A stretch of 64,000 nt of DNA, from assembly GCA_934432595.1 (NCBI GenBank), contig CAKRYR010000002.1:71387-135386 (forward strand), given 5' to 3'. Position 1 is the stretch's first letter. Every line of letters begins with the position of its first letter. Origin of the DNA: an uncultured Lachnospiraceae bacterium. GTDB lineage: Bacteria; Bacillota; Clostridia; Lachnospirales; Lachnospiraceae. The notes under the pieces were generated by a model, which worked only from the letters and a program-made list of their open reading frames with translations, made no database searches and was not told the DNA's origin. Below are positions 1 through 10,228 of this stretch, piece by piece. A program made the translations under genes and the position numbers.

Positions 1-2034
1 ATCAATTATTTGAGAGATATGACTAGTACCAGTAAAAAGTGCTATTCCTGCTGTTAAGTTGATTTTTAAGTTGTTATTATTATCATCAGTTATTTTATGT
101 ACACATTCTTTAAAATCAAGCATTCTGTGTTTGATATTTTCTAAGCTAAGATATTCTGCAAATACTACAAATTTATCATCAACAATTCTACAGAATGACT
201 CATAATCTTCTAGAACATTATCTAATGTATGTGAAATAGTTTTTAAAATGCAATCACCAGTTGTATATCCATGGTGTTCATTAATTAAAGTAAACCTATC
301 TATATCAAAATAAATCATAGCATATTTTCTAGTAGGATACTGTTTAATTAAATTTTCAACAATAGTTGAGAACGATTTTAAATTATTAGCACCTGTAAGA
401 TTATCTATTGTAATCATTTTTTTAATTGATTGCTGTGTACGCAACTTTTCAAGGTTATTAATAATTATTGATGATAATAAAGTGAGCGAATTACACACAT
501 CATCGTTCCAATTGCTACATTCATTACTTGAAGCAGCTAGAATAAAACCATTAAATTTACCATTATAGGAGATTTTCTTTTGGTATAAACAATTGCATCC
601 TGCATCTAAAAGAGCATATTTAAAAGATGAAGACTGCATAAGTACAGAACTTAAATCATTAGTTGAAAAAATATTATTCTGACTGTCATTGTACAATATG
701 AAATTCTCATAATTTGGTTTATGAACTTTATCAATTAAAGAAGCATGCTTAATAAATGAATCATTATACCAAGCAAAATTAGCTTCAATTGAGTCGTCAT
801 TACTGTTTAATTCATAAATACTTAAAACATCTAAGTTATATATATGTCCTATTAAGTTAAGAGCTGTATTTAAGGACAATTGCAAGTTATGTGAGTCATT
901 GAACAAATTAACAACACTATAGGTAATTCTTGAATTATCTAGCATAGGTAATTTATACAATGAGCTTATATTATTAGTATTAATACCTGCAGTTTCTAAT
1001 ACTTTATCAAAGGCTAATGATTTATTATGATCAATGGTTGATAAATTACATGTTATTGTAGGAGTCTCACAATCTGGTAACATACTTGTAAAAATATTAT
1101 TAATACATTTGCAAATATTATCTATATTATCAATTGAATTTTGATTATTTATATAAACAATAAACTTATTATTATAAACATAGCTTAGTAAGTCATCTTT
1201 AGCAAGTATTCTTGAAAGTTGGTTTGAAAAACATGCTAGTAAAATATTAGCAAAATCTTTACCAAATTTATCGTTTAATATATCGAAGTTATCGATATCA
1301 ATAATCAATATATAATGTTTTTTGTTTAAGGGCCTATTATTAGATATTAAATCTGTTACGAGTTGTCTAAAAGTAGAAAAATCGTATAAACTTGTTAATG
1401 AGTCACGTTGATTAAGAACAATATTATTAGATAATTGTGATTGATTAGGAATTGGTTCAAAAGTTAAAGCTAAACCATAGGGCTTATTAAGTTTGTTATA
1501 AAGTAAAGTTGAATTAATCCTATATTTATTATAATTATCTGTTTTATATTTTGCCCTTAATTCAAAGGAAAAATTTTCTTGCTGATTTTTAATGGAATTA
1601 AAACACTCATCAAGAATATATTTATCATCAGAATGAACATACTCGTTAATATCAATTATCTGTCTTAATGCCTCTAGGGACATTGGCAATACAGTGTTGT
1701 CATATTTTAATGTTATTATACCATTATCAAATGTGTAATCTACTTCTATATCTTCAACAGACAAAGGAGAAGTAGACGAATCGTTCTGAACTGATTTACC
1801 TGACTCTATATAAAATCTTCTAAATAGAATAAAATTTATAGATGAAACAAACATAACCAGTGCAGCTATACCTAATAATATACATAATATATTTAAAATA
1901 TCTTGATCAATATTATAAATAAGTATATTGTGAGTATATTTATTAATATATGCAAATATAGATGTAATCAGTATAAACATACTTAGTACCAAAGTGAAAA
2001 CCGGTACCCATTTCCGATTTTTAATATTCCACAC
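1..2034 (-). CDS. membrane-anchored signalling protein with a GAF-like domain and two degenerate GGDEF-like domains (3' end runs off the window)
   Basis: Uninterrupted minus-strand frame from the window edge to GTG at 2034, 8 nt downstream of GGAGG (complement of 2043-2047). It is absent from the ORF track because it is open at the edge. The N-terminus is hydrophobic (WNIKNRKWVPVFTLVLSMFILITSIFAYI). Two blocks have GGDEF-domain layout (DSLTSLYDF...IIDIDNFDILNDKFG...YVYNNKF and DNLTGANNLKSF...YFDIDRFTLINEHHGYTTGD...RIVDDKFVVF). The GGDEF signature is replaced by YNNKF and VDDKF. Confidence 0.6.
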   Translation of the reverse strand, partial: MWNIKNRKWVPVFTLVLSMFILITSIFAYINKYTHNILIYNIDQDILNILCILLGIAALVMFVSSINFILFRRFYIESGKSVQNDSSTSPLSVEDIEVDYTFDNGIITLKYDNTVLPMSLEALRQIIDINEYVHSDDKYILDECFNSIKNQQENFSFELRAKYKTDNYNKYRINSTLLYNKLNKPYGLALTFEPIPNQSQLSNNIVLNQRDSLTSLYDFSTFRQLVTDLISNNRPLNKKHYILIIDIDNFDILNDKFGKDFANILLACFSNQLSRILAKDDLLSYVYNNKFIVYINNQNSIDNIDNICKCINNIFTSMLPDCETPTITCNLSTIDHNKSLAFDKVLETAGINTNNISSLYKLPMLDNSRITYSVVNLFNDSHNLQLSLNTALNLIGHIYNLDVLSIYELNSNDDSIEANFAWYNDSFIKHASLIDKVHKPNYENFILYNDSQNNIFSTNDLSSVLMQSSSFKYALLDAGCNCLYQKKISYNGKFNGFILAASSNECSNWNDDVCNSLTLLSSIIINNLEKLRTQQSIKKMITIDNLTGANNLKSFSTIVENLIKQYPTRKYAMIYFDIDRFTLINEHHGYTTGDCILKTISHTLDNVLEDYESFCRIVDDKFVVFAEYLSLENIKHRMLDFKECVHKITDDNNNNLKINLTAGIALFTGTSHISQIID

Positions 2035-2416
2035 TTTACTAACCTCCAAAGTTAACCTTCACTAAGTATAAATATACCATTAAAAAATTGAATTGTAAAT
2101 ATATTACTGAAAATTTTAATGGTATATTATGGTATGGTATTCTAGTGATAATTTTAATATTTATATCTGTTTACTAATATAAATATTAAAATCTGTTCAC
2201 TACAAATTTTTTTAATAGTATATTTTTAATAAATTTCTTGTATTTAATTATAATTTTAGATTTTTGATATGAGTTATTATTTAATTTTTTGAAGGCATTT
2301 TCTACGTTATAGATATATTATAATAATAAAATATACAATATTTTATTATTATTTACATAAATTGACAAAATAGATAAAAAAATGGCGAAAAAAGTGAATA
2401 TTTATAGAAAAATTGT

Positions 2417-2445
2417 TTGAAATTCCAAATAAATAGTGGTATAAT
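2417..2445 (+). promoter_or_regulatory. sigma-A-type promoter upstream of the DtxR-family gene
   Basis: TTGAAA (2417-2422), a 17-nt spacer ending in TGg, then TATAAT (2440-2445), i.e. an extended -10. Confidence 0.5.
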
Positions 2446-2573
2446 GTACTACGAAGTAAGGGATTGGAAAAACTTAATTAGTTATGTTTAACAATTCTAG
2501 TTACTTTAATACTAAGAATATCAGATGTAAGAGGGGCATTTTGATAAAATTTATCAAAAGAAAGGGTATAGAT

Positions 2574-3098
2574 ATGATAAGTGAAGTAAACAATGGATAT
2601 TCAGAAAATCTACCAGAAGAGGTAGTATTAAACGAGGTAAGGTTAGAGGACATTGAGGTGGCTCCTACTAAAGCTAAGAATGGAAAGAAGGCTAAACTAA
2701 CTAGGCAGTTGAAAACAACTAAGGAGGTAAAGGCACTTTCTACTTCATTAGAAGATTACCTTGAGAAAGTATTTCTTTTAGCTAAGAAATATGAAGAAGT
2801 AAGAGTAACGGATATTGCAGATGCATTAAATTTATCAAAACCAAGTGTAAATAGAGCTGTTAAGACGTTAACACAAGAGGGCTATTTACAACATGCACAT
2901 TATGGTTCAATTGAGTTAACTGAATTAGGTTATGTAACAGCAGAAGAGATTTATAAGAAACATAAAGCATTAAGACAATTTTTAATCTTATGTTTAGGAG
3001 TAGATAAGGATACTGCTGAAAAAGAAGCTTTTGGTCTAAAGCACTATATTAGCACAAATACATGTGTAAGACTAAAAGAGTTTGTTGAGGAATATTAA
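2574..3098 (+). CDS. DtxR/MntR-family metal-dependent transcriptional repressor
   Basis: LEDYLEKVFLLAKKYEEVRVTDIADALNLSKPSVNRAVKTLTQEGYL matches the DtxR-type winged helix-turn-helix, followed by the dimerisation helix region (AEEIYKKHKALRQFL). I prefer the internal ATG at 2574 over the track start at 2484. Confidence 0.75.
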   Translation: MISEVNNGYSENLPEEVVLNEVRLEDIEVAPTKAKNGKKAKLTRQLKTTKEVKALSTSLEDYLEKVFLLAKKYEEVRVTDIADALNLSKPSVNRAVKTLTQEGYLQHAHYGSIELTELGYVTAEEIYKKHKALRQFLILCLGVDKDTAEKEAFGLKHYISTNTCVRLKEFVEEY

Positions 3099-3203
3099 TT
3101 ATTGAGGAAGTAGAAATACTATAAATTTAAAAGTAGAGATACTATAAATCTACAAGCAAAATAATCCAAAATAAATCCTATTAATATATGAATATATATG
3201 AAG

Positions 3204-3256
3204 GAAATGTCATGTTGAGATCATTAATTTGTACTTGATATGACATTTCTTTTTTG
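3204..3256 (+). terminator. hairpin plus T-run after the DtxR-family gene
   Basis: GAAATGTCAT (3204-3213) pairs with ATGACATTTC (3240-3249), followed by TTTTTT. The loop is long, so this is weakly supported. Confidence 0.35.
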
Positions 3257-3326
3257 GTTTAATATACATATATTAAACATTCAATGTGCAGCTCACGGAG
3301 AGGAAAAAGAATTAGGAGGAAATTAA

Positions 3327-4373
3327 ATGGGAGACTGTAAGGAATTAATAGATAAATTGTATACAAGTGGAGAACTTGATAAAAAACAGTGGATAGATTT
3401 ATTAAATAATTACACTGATGTGGATAGATTATACGCAGCAGAGGTTGCAAGAAAGATAGCTGATGATATTTATGGAAAGGATATATATATTAGAGGTCTT
3501 ATAGAGATTACAAATCATTGTAAAAATGATTGTTATTATTGTGGTATAAGATGTAGTAATGGTAATGCAGATAGATATAGATTAACAAAAGAACAGATAC
3601 TACAGTGCTGTGATGTAGGATGGCGACTTGGATTTAGAACTTTTGTTATGCAAGGTGGAGAAGATGCTTATTACACAGATGACTGGTATGTCGATGTAAT
3701 TAAAAGCATAAAGGATAAGTATAGTGAATGTGCTATTACATTATCAATTGGTGAACGAAGCAAAGAAAGTTATCAAAGATACTATGATGCAGGTGCTGAT
3801 AGATATTTGCTTAGACATGAGACAGCGACTCTAGAACATTATAATAAATTACATCCAGAAAATATGTCTTTGGATAACAGAAAAGAGTGTTTATATAATT
3901 TAAGAGAAATAGGGTATCAAGTAGGTTGTGGATTTATGGTAGGTTCACCATATCAGACTGTAGAGAATTTGGCTGATGATATGATATTTATACATGATTT
4001 AAAACCGCATATGGTGGGGATAGGACCTTTTATTCCTCATAAAGATACGCCTTTTAAAGACGAAAAAGCAGGAGAGTTACATTTAACAACATTTTTACTA
4101 AGCTTGATTAGAATAATGGAGAGAAATGTGTTATTACCAGCTACAACAGCTTTGGGAACAATAAATCCTATGGGAAGAGAAGAGGGAATAATGGCTGGAG
4201 CTAATGTTATTATGCCTAATCTTTCTCCAATAAATGTTAGAGATAAATATTTATTATATGACAATAAAATATGTACAGGAGATGAAGCTTCTGAATGTAG
4301 AAAATGTATTGAATTTAAAATGAAAAGAATAGGATATAATATTGTAGAAACTCGCGGAGATTATAAGATTTAA
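3327..4373 (+). CDS. hydE: [FeFe]-hydrogenase H-cluster radical-SAM maturase HydE
   Basis: CKNDCYYCG is the CX3CX2C radical-SAM motif. Long stretches match HydE as I remember it from Thermotoga (ADRYLLRHET, MVGIGPFIPH.DTP, LPATTA.GTI, GANVIMPN). Confidence 0.9.
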   Translation: MGDCKELIDKLYTSGELDKKQWIDLLNNYTDVDRLYAAEVARKIADDIYGKDIYIRGLIEITNHCKNDCYYCGIRCSNGNADRYRLTKEQILQCCDVGWRLGFRTFVMQGGEDAYYTDDWYVDVIKSIKDKYSECAITLSIGERSKESYQRYYDAGADRYLLRHETATLEHYNKLHPENMSLDNRKECLYNLREIGYQVGCGFMVGSPYQTVENLADDMIFIHDLKPHMVGIGPFIPHKDTPFKDEKAGELHLTTFLLSLIRIMERNVLLPATTALGTINPMGREEGIMAGANVIMPNLSPINVRDKYLLYDNKICTGDEASECRKCIEFKMKRIGYNIVETRGDYKI

Positions 4374-4440
4374 ATAAAATAATAAGGATATGAGAATATA
4401 ACATAAAAGAATATATAATTAAATAATAAAGTATAAAATA

Positions 4441-4476
4441 GAAGAAAGAGACCTAAGCCTCTTTCTTCCGTTTTTA
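4441..4476. terminator. bidirectional intrinsic terminator between hydE and pckA
   Basis: GAAGAAAGAG (4441-4450) pairs with CTCTTTCTTC (4459-4468), followed by a T-run. It lies between convergent genes. Confidence 0.6.
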
Positions 4477-4511
4477 TTTAAGATGTTAAATTTCTTCAAA
4501 TTATAATAGAA

Positions 4512-6182
4512 TTATTTGATTTCATTTACAACTTTATTTAATGCATCAAGAGCTTCCTTAGGAAGTTTATCAAATCCACCTTTAACAGTGTCTCTACTTT
4601 CAACGAATTTAACTCTATCAAGCATTCTTGCTTTAAGTTGAGCAACATATTCTGGGTCATCTAAATTAGGAACAAATCCTTCCCATTCAAATATTTCGAT
4701 ATCTTCAAATGGTCCCCATTGCTTAAAGTCTGCTTTACCTTCAACAATTGCTTCAATTACACCTAAAGTATCCTTTGGTTGAACTTTCTTGCCCATGAAA
4801 TCACCAGTGTTGATAATGTAGCAATCTACATGTCTATCTGCAACTAGATTTCTGAACTTCTCATAGTCATTAACTAATGGATAAGTTCTAAATGGGTTAG
4901 CATATGGTTCAACAACAAGTGCATTAGGATCAACGCCTGGTGCAAGTCTTTCAGCTGAAGAACGTTTTGTTGCAAGAGTAGCACCCATAACTGATGCTAA
5001 TTCAGCACCTTTTAATTTAACGATTGGTGGAATAGTAGGGTCTTTCATAATCCAAAAGATAGCATTAACTGGTTCTTCAATTTTGTCTACTCTGTTTGGT
5101 GACCAAAGTTTAGACTTGATTGCACGACCGTTACCATTTCTAATATCTTCTGTTACAAGAACAACTTTACCATCTTCATCTATAGTTGCTGAGCAGTTCT
5201 GAGCTGTTAAAAGATATTTATTATCATCACAATATGTTGGATAATCTGCAGTCTTATCAAAATATGAAGGTTCTAATGCGATTGAAGAACCTGTCTCTGA
5301 ATTGATAATAAATGCATCATCATGAAGTACAGTAACATCATATTTGCCACCATGTTTTGCATGAGTGATAGTAGATTTACCTGAACCTGATAAACCAAAT
5401 ACTGATGCAACATAAGATTTACCATTACCAAGGTTATATCTCTTTTGACCACCATGACATGAAGCATATCCATTACGGTTAGCAATTGCCCAACCAATTG
5501 TAAGTGTTCCTTTTTTGTGCTCTCCGAAATATTTCATACCTAAGATAGCAGCACAGTTAGTTGTTGTATTAAAGTATGATAAACATTTTGAATCACATAC
5601 ATCTGTTTGATCAGTTCCAACCCATTGTGGATCTGAGAAGATGTAGATATCTGGTTCATTACCGATAGGTTTTGAATTCTTATACATCTTATTATAGCAA
5701 TCTGACATGTATTGGAAGTTTAACATCCATGAATACATAATGTTTTCTTCACCCTCTGGAATAAGAAGATGAGCTTTAACCATAAATTCAGGATCTAATC
5801 CAATATATACTTCTGCATGATACATAGTTTTCCATCTTGTATCATATATTGCATCCATAACAATTTTGTCTAATTTATCACAGTTTACTCCTGGTTCACC
5901 TGCTATTCTACGAGCAGCTGCATAACGTCCTGTAATTGAACCATCGTTGAAAAGAAGAACTTTAGCGTCTTTCTCTAGACCAAATTCTTCACCTCTTTCA
6001 ACTGGCATATCAGTAACGATAGTTCCAGGTGAATTTTTTGCTAATTCATATGCTTCTTTTAGAGTATTAACTTTGATTACGTTATTACCATAAAAGGCAG
6101 CTTCAATAATTGAACGTGTTTTTGCAAAACCAGGCTTACCTGCGCCGATTTCGTCTTTTTTAAAATAAGCTTTAGTTGACAT
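4512..6182 (-). CDS. pckA: phosphoenolpyruvate carboxykinase (ATP)
   Basis: 556 aa. GLSGSGKST is the kinase-1a P-loop. Overall length and motifs (NIRNGNGRA, DAFIIN) are typical of ATP-dependent PEPCK. Confidence 0.9.
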   Translation of the reverse strand: MSTKAYFKKDEIGAGKPGFAKTRSIIEAAFYGNNVIKVNTLKEAYELAKNSPGTIVTDMPVERGEEFGLEKDAKVLLFNDGSITGRYAAARRIAGEPGVNCDKLDKIVMDAIYDTRWKTMYHAEVYIGLDPEFMVKAHLLIPEGEENIMYSWMLNFQYMSDCYNKMYKNSKPIGNEPDIYIFSDPQWVGTDQTDVCDSKCLSYFNTTTNCAAILGMKYFGEHKKGTLTIGWAIANRNGYASCHGGQKRYNLGNGKSYVASVFGLSGSGKSTITHAKHGGKYDVTVLHDDAFIINSETGSSIALEPSYFDKTADYPTYCDDNKYLLTAQNCSATIDEDGKVVLVTEDIRNGNGRAIKSKLWSPNRVDKIEEPVNAIFWIMKDPTIPPIVKLKGAELASVMGATLATKRSSAERLAPGVDPNALVVEPYANPFRTYPLVNDYEKFRNLVADRHVDCYIINTGDFMGKKVQPKDTLGVIEAIVEGKADFKQWGPFEDIEIFEWEGFVPNLDDPEYVAQLKARMLDRVKFVESRDTVKGGFDKLPKEALDALNKVVNEIK

Positions 6183-6247
6183 ATTTGTATCCTCCTAATT
6201 ATTTTTAAACTAAACCAGTACTAGTATAAGAGTTTGTTAAAAAAAAG

Positions 6248-8005
6248 TCAATATTTTAGGTGCGATTTTATGCTTGTAAAAGGGGCTGGACCAGCATCTA
6301 AAATATTCTTATGGAACGCTTTTAGATTAAAATCTTCACCCTGCTTTTCTTTGACTTCATCTAGCATTCTACTTATCTCGATATAACCTACCGCATAAGG
6401 TAAGTAATCACCTGGTTCTTCTATAATAATCTCATATAGAGAATTAATAGCATCTTTTCCTAGTGGACAATTATTCTTTGAGAAATAATTATCAATGTCT
6501 TTTTTACTCCAATTTTCATAATGAATACCAATATCTACTCTTGCAGAAAGGCATAAAACTAGTGCATTATTATATTTATACAAAGTAGAATAATACTTAT
6601 CTAAATCTGAATATTGGTATGATAATAAGGTAGCATAACTTGCCCAACCTTCCATATAGCCTAAATTCTTAATAAAGCTACGAATAGGATATTTATTTTT
6701 ATTATTAAAATAGCAATTTTGATATAAATGTCCTGGAATAGCTTCATGAGCTAAGTTAGTAAATAATGGATTATTAATGTACTTTGAACCCTTATTTATA
6801 TAAATATTGTTGCGTGCTGAATCATCAATAGGTGAAATAATATAAAATGCAGGGCTCATACTACTTTCTAGTTGTGAAGGAACATCTTTGATTTCATATG
6901 AGATATCCTTAATTACAGGGAAATCATTAGACATTTTGTTTTGGATAGTCGTAATAATTTCTTTCGCATCATTTGAACCAAAATCTTTACTTGCTACCGA
7001 AAGGTCAGTATCTTTATTTTTATTAATAAAAGATAATAACGCGTTGTTTTCTGATGTTATAGTATTTTCAAGTATAGAAATCACATTTTTAACTGTTCTA
7101 TTAGAACCTGTGATTTGTTGCATGTATAATTCATAATATGCTTTACCTTTAGGTAGAGAACAAAATTTTCCTTCATTATTATTTCTGGCGTTTAATTCAG
7201 TTATAACAGTGTATACTTTTGTATAAGCATTGAGAATACTGGATAAAACAATGTCTTCGTTCTTTTTCTCAAATTCGTAAATTTCATTTTGTGATATATC
7301 ATCAATTGCTTCTACCTTATTATTAAATTCTGTAATAAATAAGGAAGTTGATATATTAAGCATCATGTCTTTACACTGTTTTAATACTTTATTTGCATTA
7401 GCTTTGGACATAAATAAACCAGCATCATATTTGGCTTGTTCAAATTTACATATATCACCAAAATATCTCTCTATATCAGGTAATAGATTAAGATAATTAT
7501 CTACATCATCTTTTGAATAAAAATTATATTCACTAAGTAAAATAGGAAGTTGAATCTGAATACCTGTGCTAGGACTTAGATATTCATCATATAAAACATA
7601 GTCTTTGGATTTAACAATATTGTCAAAATACCAGTACATTGTATCATAAGCATATTGTTGTTGCTTATCTAGCTTATCATACCTAAAACGTGATAGCTCC
7701 TTAAGATATTGTTCTGATTTAGTGAAATAATCATCATTGGCATCTACTGGTACTGTACCAAAAGTCGTTGGATAATTTTCAATACCGTAATCTTTAGGTT
7801 TACTTAGGGTATAATTAAGTGTTAAGGCATCTGTTTGAACTAAATCTTTAAATGTGTTCTCTGCACATTCCTTAAAATTGTAGTTTACATTAATTGTACT
7901 TTTAGATGTAGTTTCTTTTTTACATCCAGTAAGTAAAAAAATAAAAAGTATAAATGATAGTAGTAAAATATTTTGTAATTTAAAATGTTTTGAAATTTTA
8001 GTCAT
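6248..8005 (-). CDS. DUF885-family lipoprotein (putative metallopeptidase-like)
   Basis: HEAIPGHLYQ is the DUF885 hallmark. I prefer the start at 8005 (MTKISKHFKLQNILLLSFILFIFLLTGC), which gives a lipoprotein signal with an LTGC lipobox and a GGAAAGG ribosome-binding site. The track's longer N-terminus looks non-coding. Confidence 0.7.
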   Translation of the reverse strand: MTKISKHFKLQNILLLSFILFIFLLTGCKKETTSKSTINVNYNFKECAENTFKDLVQTDALTLNYTLSKPKDYGIENYPTTFGTVPVDANDDYFTKSEQYLKELSRFRYDKLDKQQQYAYDTMYWYFDNIVKSKDYVLYDEYLSPSTGIQIQLPILLSEYNFYSKDDVDNYLNLLPDIERYFGDICKFEQAKYDAGLFMSKANANKVLKQCKDMMLNISTSLFITEFNNKVEAIDDISQNEIYEFEKKNEDIVLSSILNAYTKVYTVITELNARNNNEGKFCSLPKGKAYYELYMQQITGSNRTVKNVISILENTITSENNALLSFINKNKDTDLSVASKDFGSNDAKEIITTIQNKMSNDFPVIKDISYEIKDVPSQLESSMSPAFYIISPIDDSARNNIYINKGSKYINNPLFTNLAHEAIPGHLYQNCYFNNKNKYPIRSFIKNLGYMEGWASYATLLSYQYSDLDKYYSTLYKYNNALVLCLSARVDIGIHYENWSKKDIDNYFSKNNCPLGKDAINSLYEIIIEEPGDYLPYAVGYIEISRMLDEVKEKQGEDFNLKAFHKNILDAGPAPFTSIKSHLKY

Positions 8006-8245
8006 TATAAGTTTGCCTTTCCTTTTTTGTCTGTTTCGACATATTATTCGACATAATATATGTTTGGGTTTACTTTTTACCAAAATATATGATAAAAAAA
8101 TAAAAAAAGAACTAAGCAAGGGGGGAAAATCAATGTTAACAAATGGATATATTATTAAGTTAATATAAAGATAATCTAAAAAATTGACGAAATAGAAAAC
8201 TGTAAATATATGCATTAATGTATATAGTGAAAAGAGGGATGAAAA

Positions 8246-9088
8246 GTGGCTCAGACGATAATAGAAATGCATGATGTTAGTAAAAAGGTAAATAATAATA
8301 GAATAGTTTTACAAGATATTAATCTTACTGTTGAAAAAGGCGATGCAGTAGCATTAATAGGACATAATGGAACAGGTAAAAGTACAATGCTTCGTTTGAT
8401 AAGTGGATTGACACCTATTTCATCAGGTAAAATTCTCACAGTTCCACATTTGAATTTTGGATTCATACCTGAGCATTTTCCTAAGATAAATATGACTGTA
8501 GAGGAATATATATATAGCGTTGGTAGGATAAATGGAATAGATCCAAACGAATTAAAATTAAAAGCAAAAGAGTTATATAACTTATTTTATATAGAAGATA
8601 TGGTTGAAGTACCGATAAAACATTTATCTAAAGGAAGTATTCAAAAAGTAGCTGTAATACAGGCCTTACTTTGCAAACCAGATGTATTACTTATGGATGA
8701 ACCACTTGCTGGACAAGATATTAAATCACAAAAGAATTTTATGAAACTAGTAAAAGAAATGAATGATGAAGGTGTAACCCTAATTATGTCTTGTCATGAG
8801 TTATTCCTTGTAAATCAGTTGGCCAAGACAGCTTATGAGATAAAGAATAGAACTTTGCAACCTATTCAAATGAAGAGGAAGGTGGCAGCAGATCAGAACT
8901 TAGATATATTGTTCTTTGATAAAGGTTCAGGTTTATCTAATGTTAGCCCTGAGATATTAAAATGGGTATATAATAGTATAGAAAATGATGATATAATTCA
9001 AATCGTTGTAAATAAAGACAAGAGTAATGATGTACTAAAACTAATGTTAAAAGATGGTTTTGTGCTAAGAGCTATGAAAGGAGTCTAA
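8246..9088 (+). CDS. ABC transporter ATP-binding protein
   Basis: Walker A GHNGTGKST, signature-like LSKGSIQK, Walker B LLMDEPLAGQD. GTG start preceded by AGAGGGA. Confidence 0.85.
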   Translation: MAQTIIEMHDVSKKVNNNRIVLQDINLTVEKGDAVALIGHNGTGKSTMLRLISGLTPISSGKILTVPHLNFGFIPEHFPKINMTVEEYIYSVGRINGIDPNELKLKAKELYNLFYIEDMVEVPIKHLSKGSIQKVAVIQALLCKPDVLLMDEPLAGQDIKSQKNFMKLVKEMNDEGVTLIMSCHELFLVNQLAKTAYEIKNRTLQPIQMKRKVAADQNLDILFFDKGSGLSNVSPEILKWVYNSIENDDIIQIVVNKDKSNDVLKLMLKDGFVLRAMKGV

Positions 9089-9090
9089 TT

Positions 9091-9825
9091 ATGATTGCAT
9101 TAATAAAGTATCACACTCGTTCCTTTCTTAAATCAAATAAATATATCATGCCATTATTAGCATATATAATTGTGCTTGCAATGTTATGTAGTAGTCCATT
9201 AAAATCGGTAAAGGTTGTATATTTAATATCAATGGTTGTTGTATATTTAATGACTACATGGACTGGATTTATATATGCAGAATGTGAAGATCAGATTACA
9301 GAACAAATTGCATTATTAAAAGCAAAAACAAGTAAACAATATTATATAAGTAAGATTTTATTTATATGTATATGGGGAATGTCTTTTGTAGTGATTGGAT
9401 TTGTTATACCATTATTATGGAAGGTATTCTGTTTAATAACTCATAGTAATTCTTTTAAGGATATGACAGCTACAAATGTATTAGCATCGTTGTTTATGAA
9501 CATTTGCGTGGCAATACTAGGTGGAATATTGGGTTATTTATTGCATCCAAGGGTATTTAATAATCGTAAGATAGGTGCTATAGCAACATTTTCATTGGCT
9601 GTAATAGGAATAATTAAAGGACCGTTGTTAGCAGAGTTTAATATTCCATTATTTAGGGTAATTACATGGTTATTTCCACCTATATATGAGATAATAATAG
9701 GTTGTGATATAACAACAAAACTGATAAATATAGGTGATATATTATTTCCTTGTGTGTATACTGTAATATATGGAATTGTTCTTGCAGTAATCAATGTTTT
9801 TGTCATTGATAAAAAAGGTTTTTAG
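9091..9825 (+). CDS. multi-pass membrane protein, probable permease partner of the ABC ATPase
   Basis: Starts 3 nt after the ATPase stop. About 6 hydrophobic segments. No recognisable family motif. Confidence 0.5.
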   Translation: MIALIKYHTRSFLKSNKYIMPLLAYIIVLAMLCSSPLKSVKVVYLISMVVVYLMTTWTGFIYAECEDQITEQIALLKAKTSKQYYISKILFICIWGMSFVVIGFVIPLLWKVFCLITHSNSFKDMTATNVLASLFMNICVAILGGILGYLLHPRVFNNRKIGAIATFSLAVIGIIKGPLLAEFNIPLFRVITWLFPPIYEIIIGCDITTKLINIGDILFPCVYTVIYGIVLAVINVFVIDKKGF

Positions 9826-9967
9826 AAAATTTATATAAAAACTTTAGAAATGATAGTGGGTATTGGCAAATATGTTTAATACATAATGAAAAATACAGAT
9901 ATTTACAAAAAGATATTGTGCAAAACTAACAACTAATAAATCATAAATTATACAAAACTAACAAAAA

Positions 9968-10004
9968 CAAACCAGATTTGATGTAAATCAAGCTGGTTTT
10001 TATT
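9968..10004 (+). terminator. intrinsic terminator after the ABC pair
   Basis: AACCAG...CTGGTT stem followed by TTTTTATTT. Confidence 0.45.
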
Positions 10005-10228
10005 TCTGTCAATATAGTAATAATGTCAAAATGAAAAATAGAGTAGAAGTTTGACTAAAAGTTCAAATAGTTTATAATAGTGTGTATATAACGACAAAAG
10101 GTGAGCATAATATATGTAGTGTTGTTATATATGGGATGTGTATGAAGAAAATATTTAAAAAAATAGTTTACTTTATACTGAAAATGGGTGAATGTAAAAA
10201 AATTAATGAAAGGGTGTTAATAAAAAAA

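Noticed and set aside
3259-3450. 63-aa minus-strand ORF overlapping the hydE start, and similar antisense ORFs inside pckA, the DUF885 gene, the peptidase gene, the PBP gene, rpoB and others
   Set aside because: All are embedded antisense or out of frame within strongly supported genes, and they lack ribosome-binding sites. They are typical six-frame noise in AT-rich DNA.
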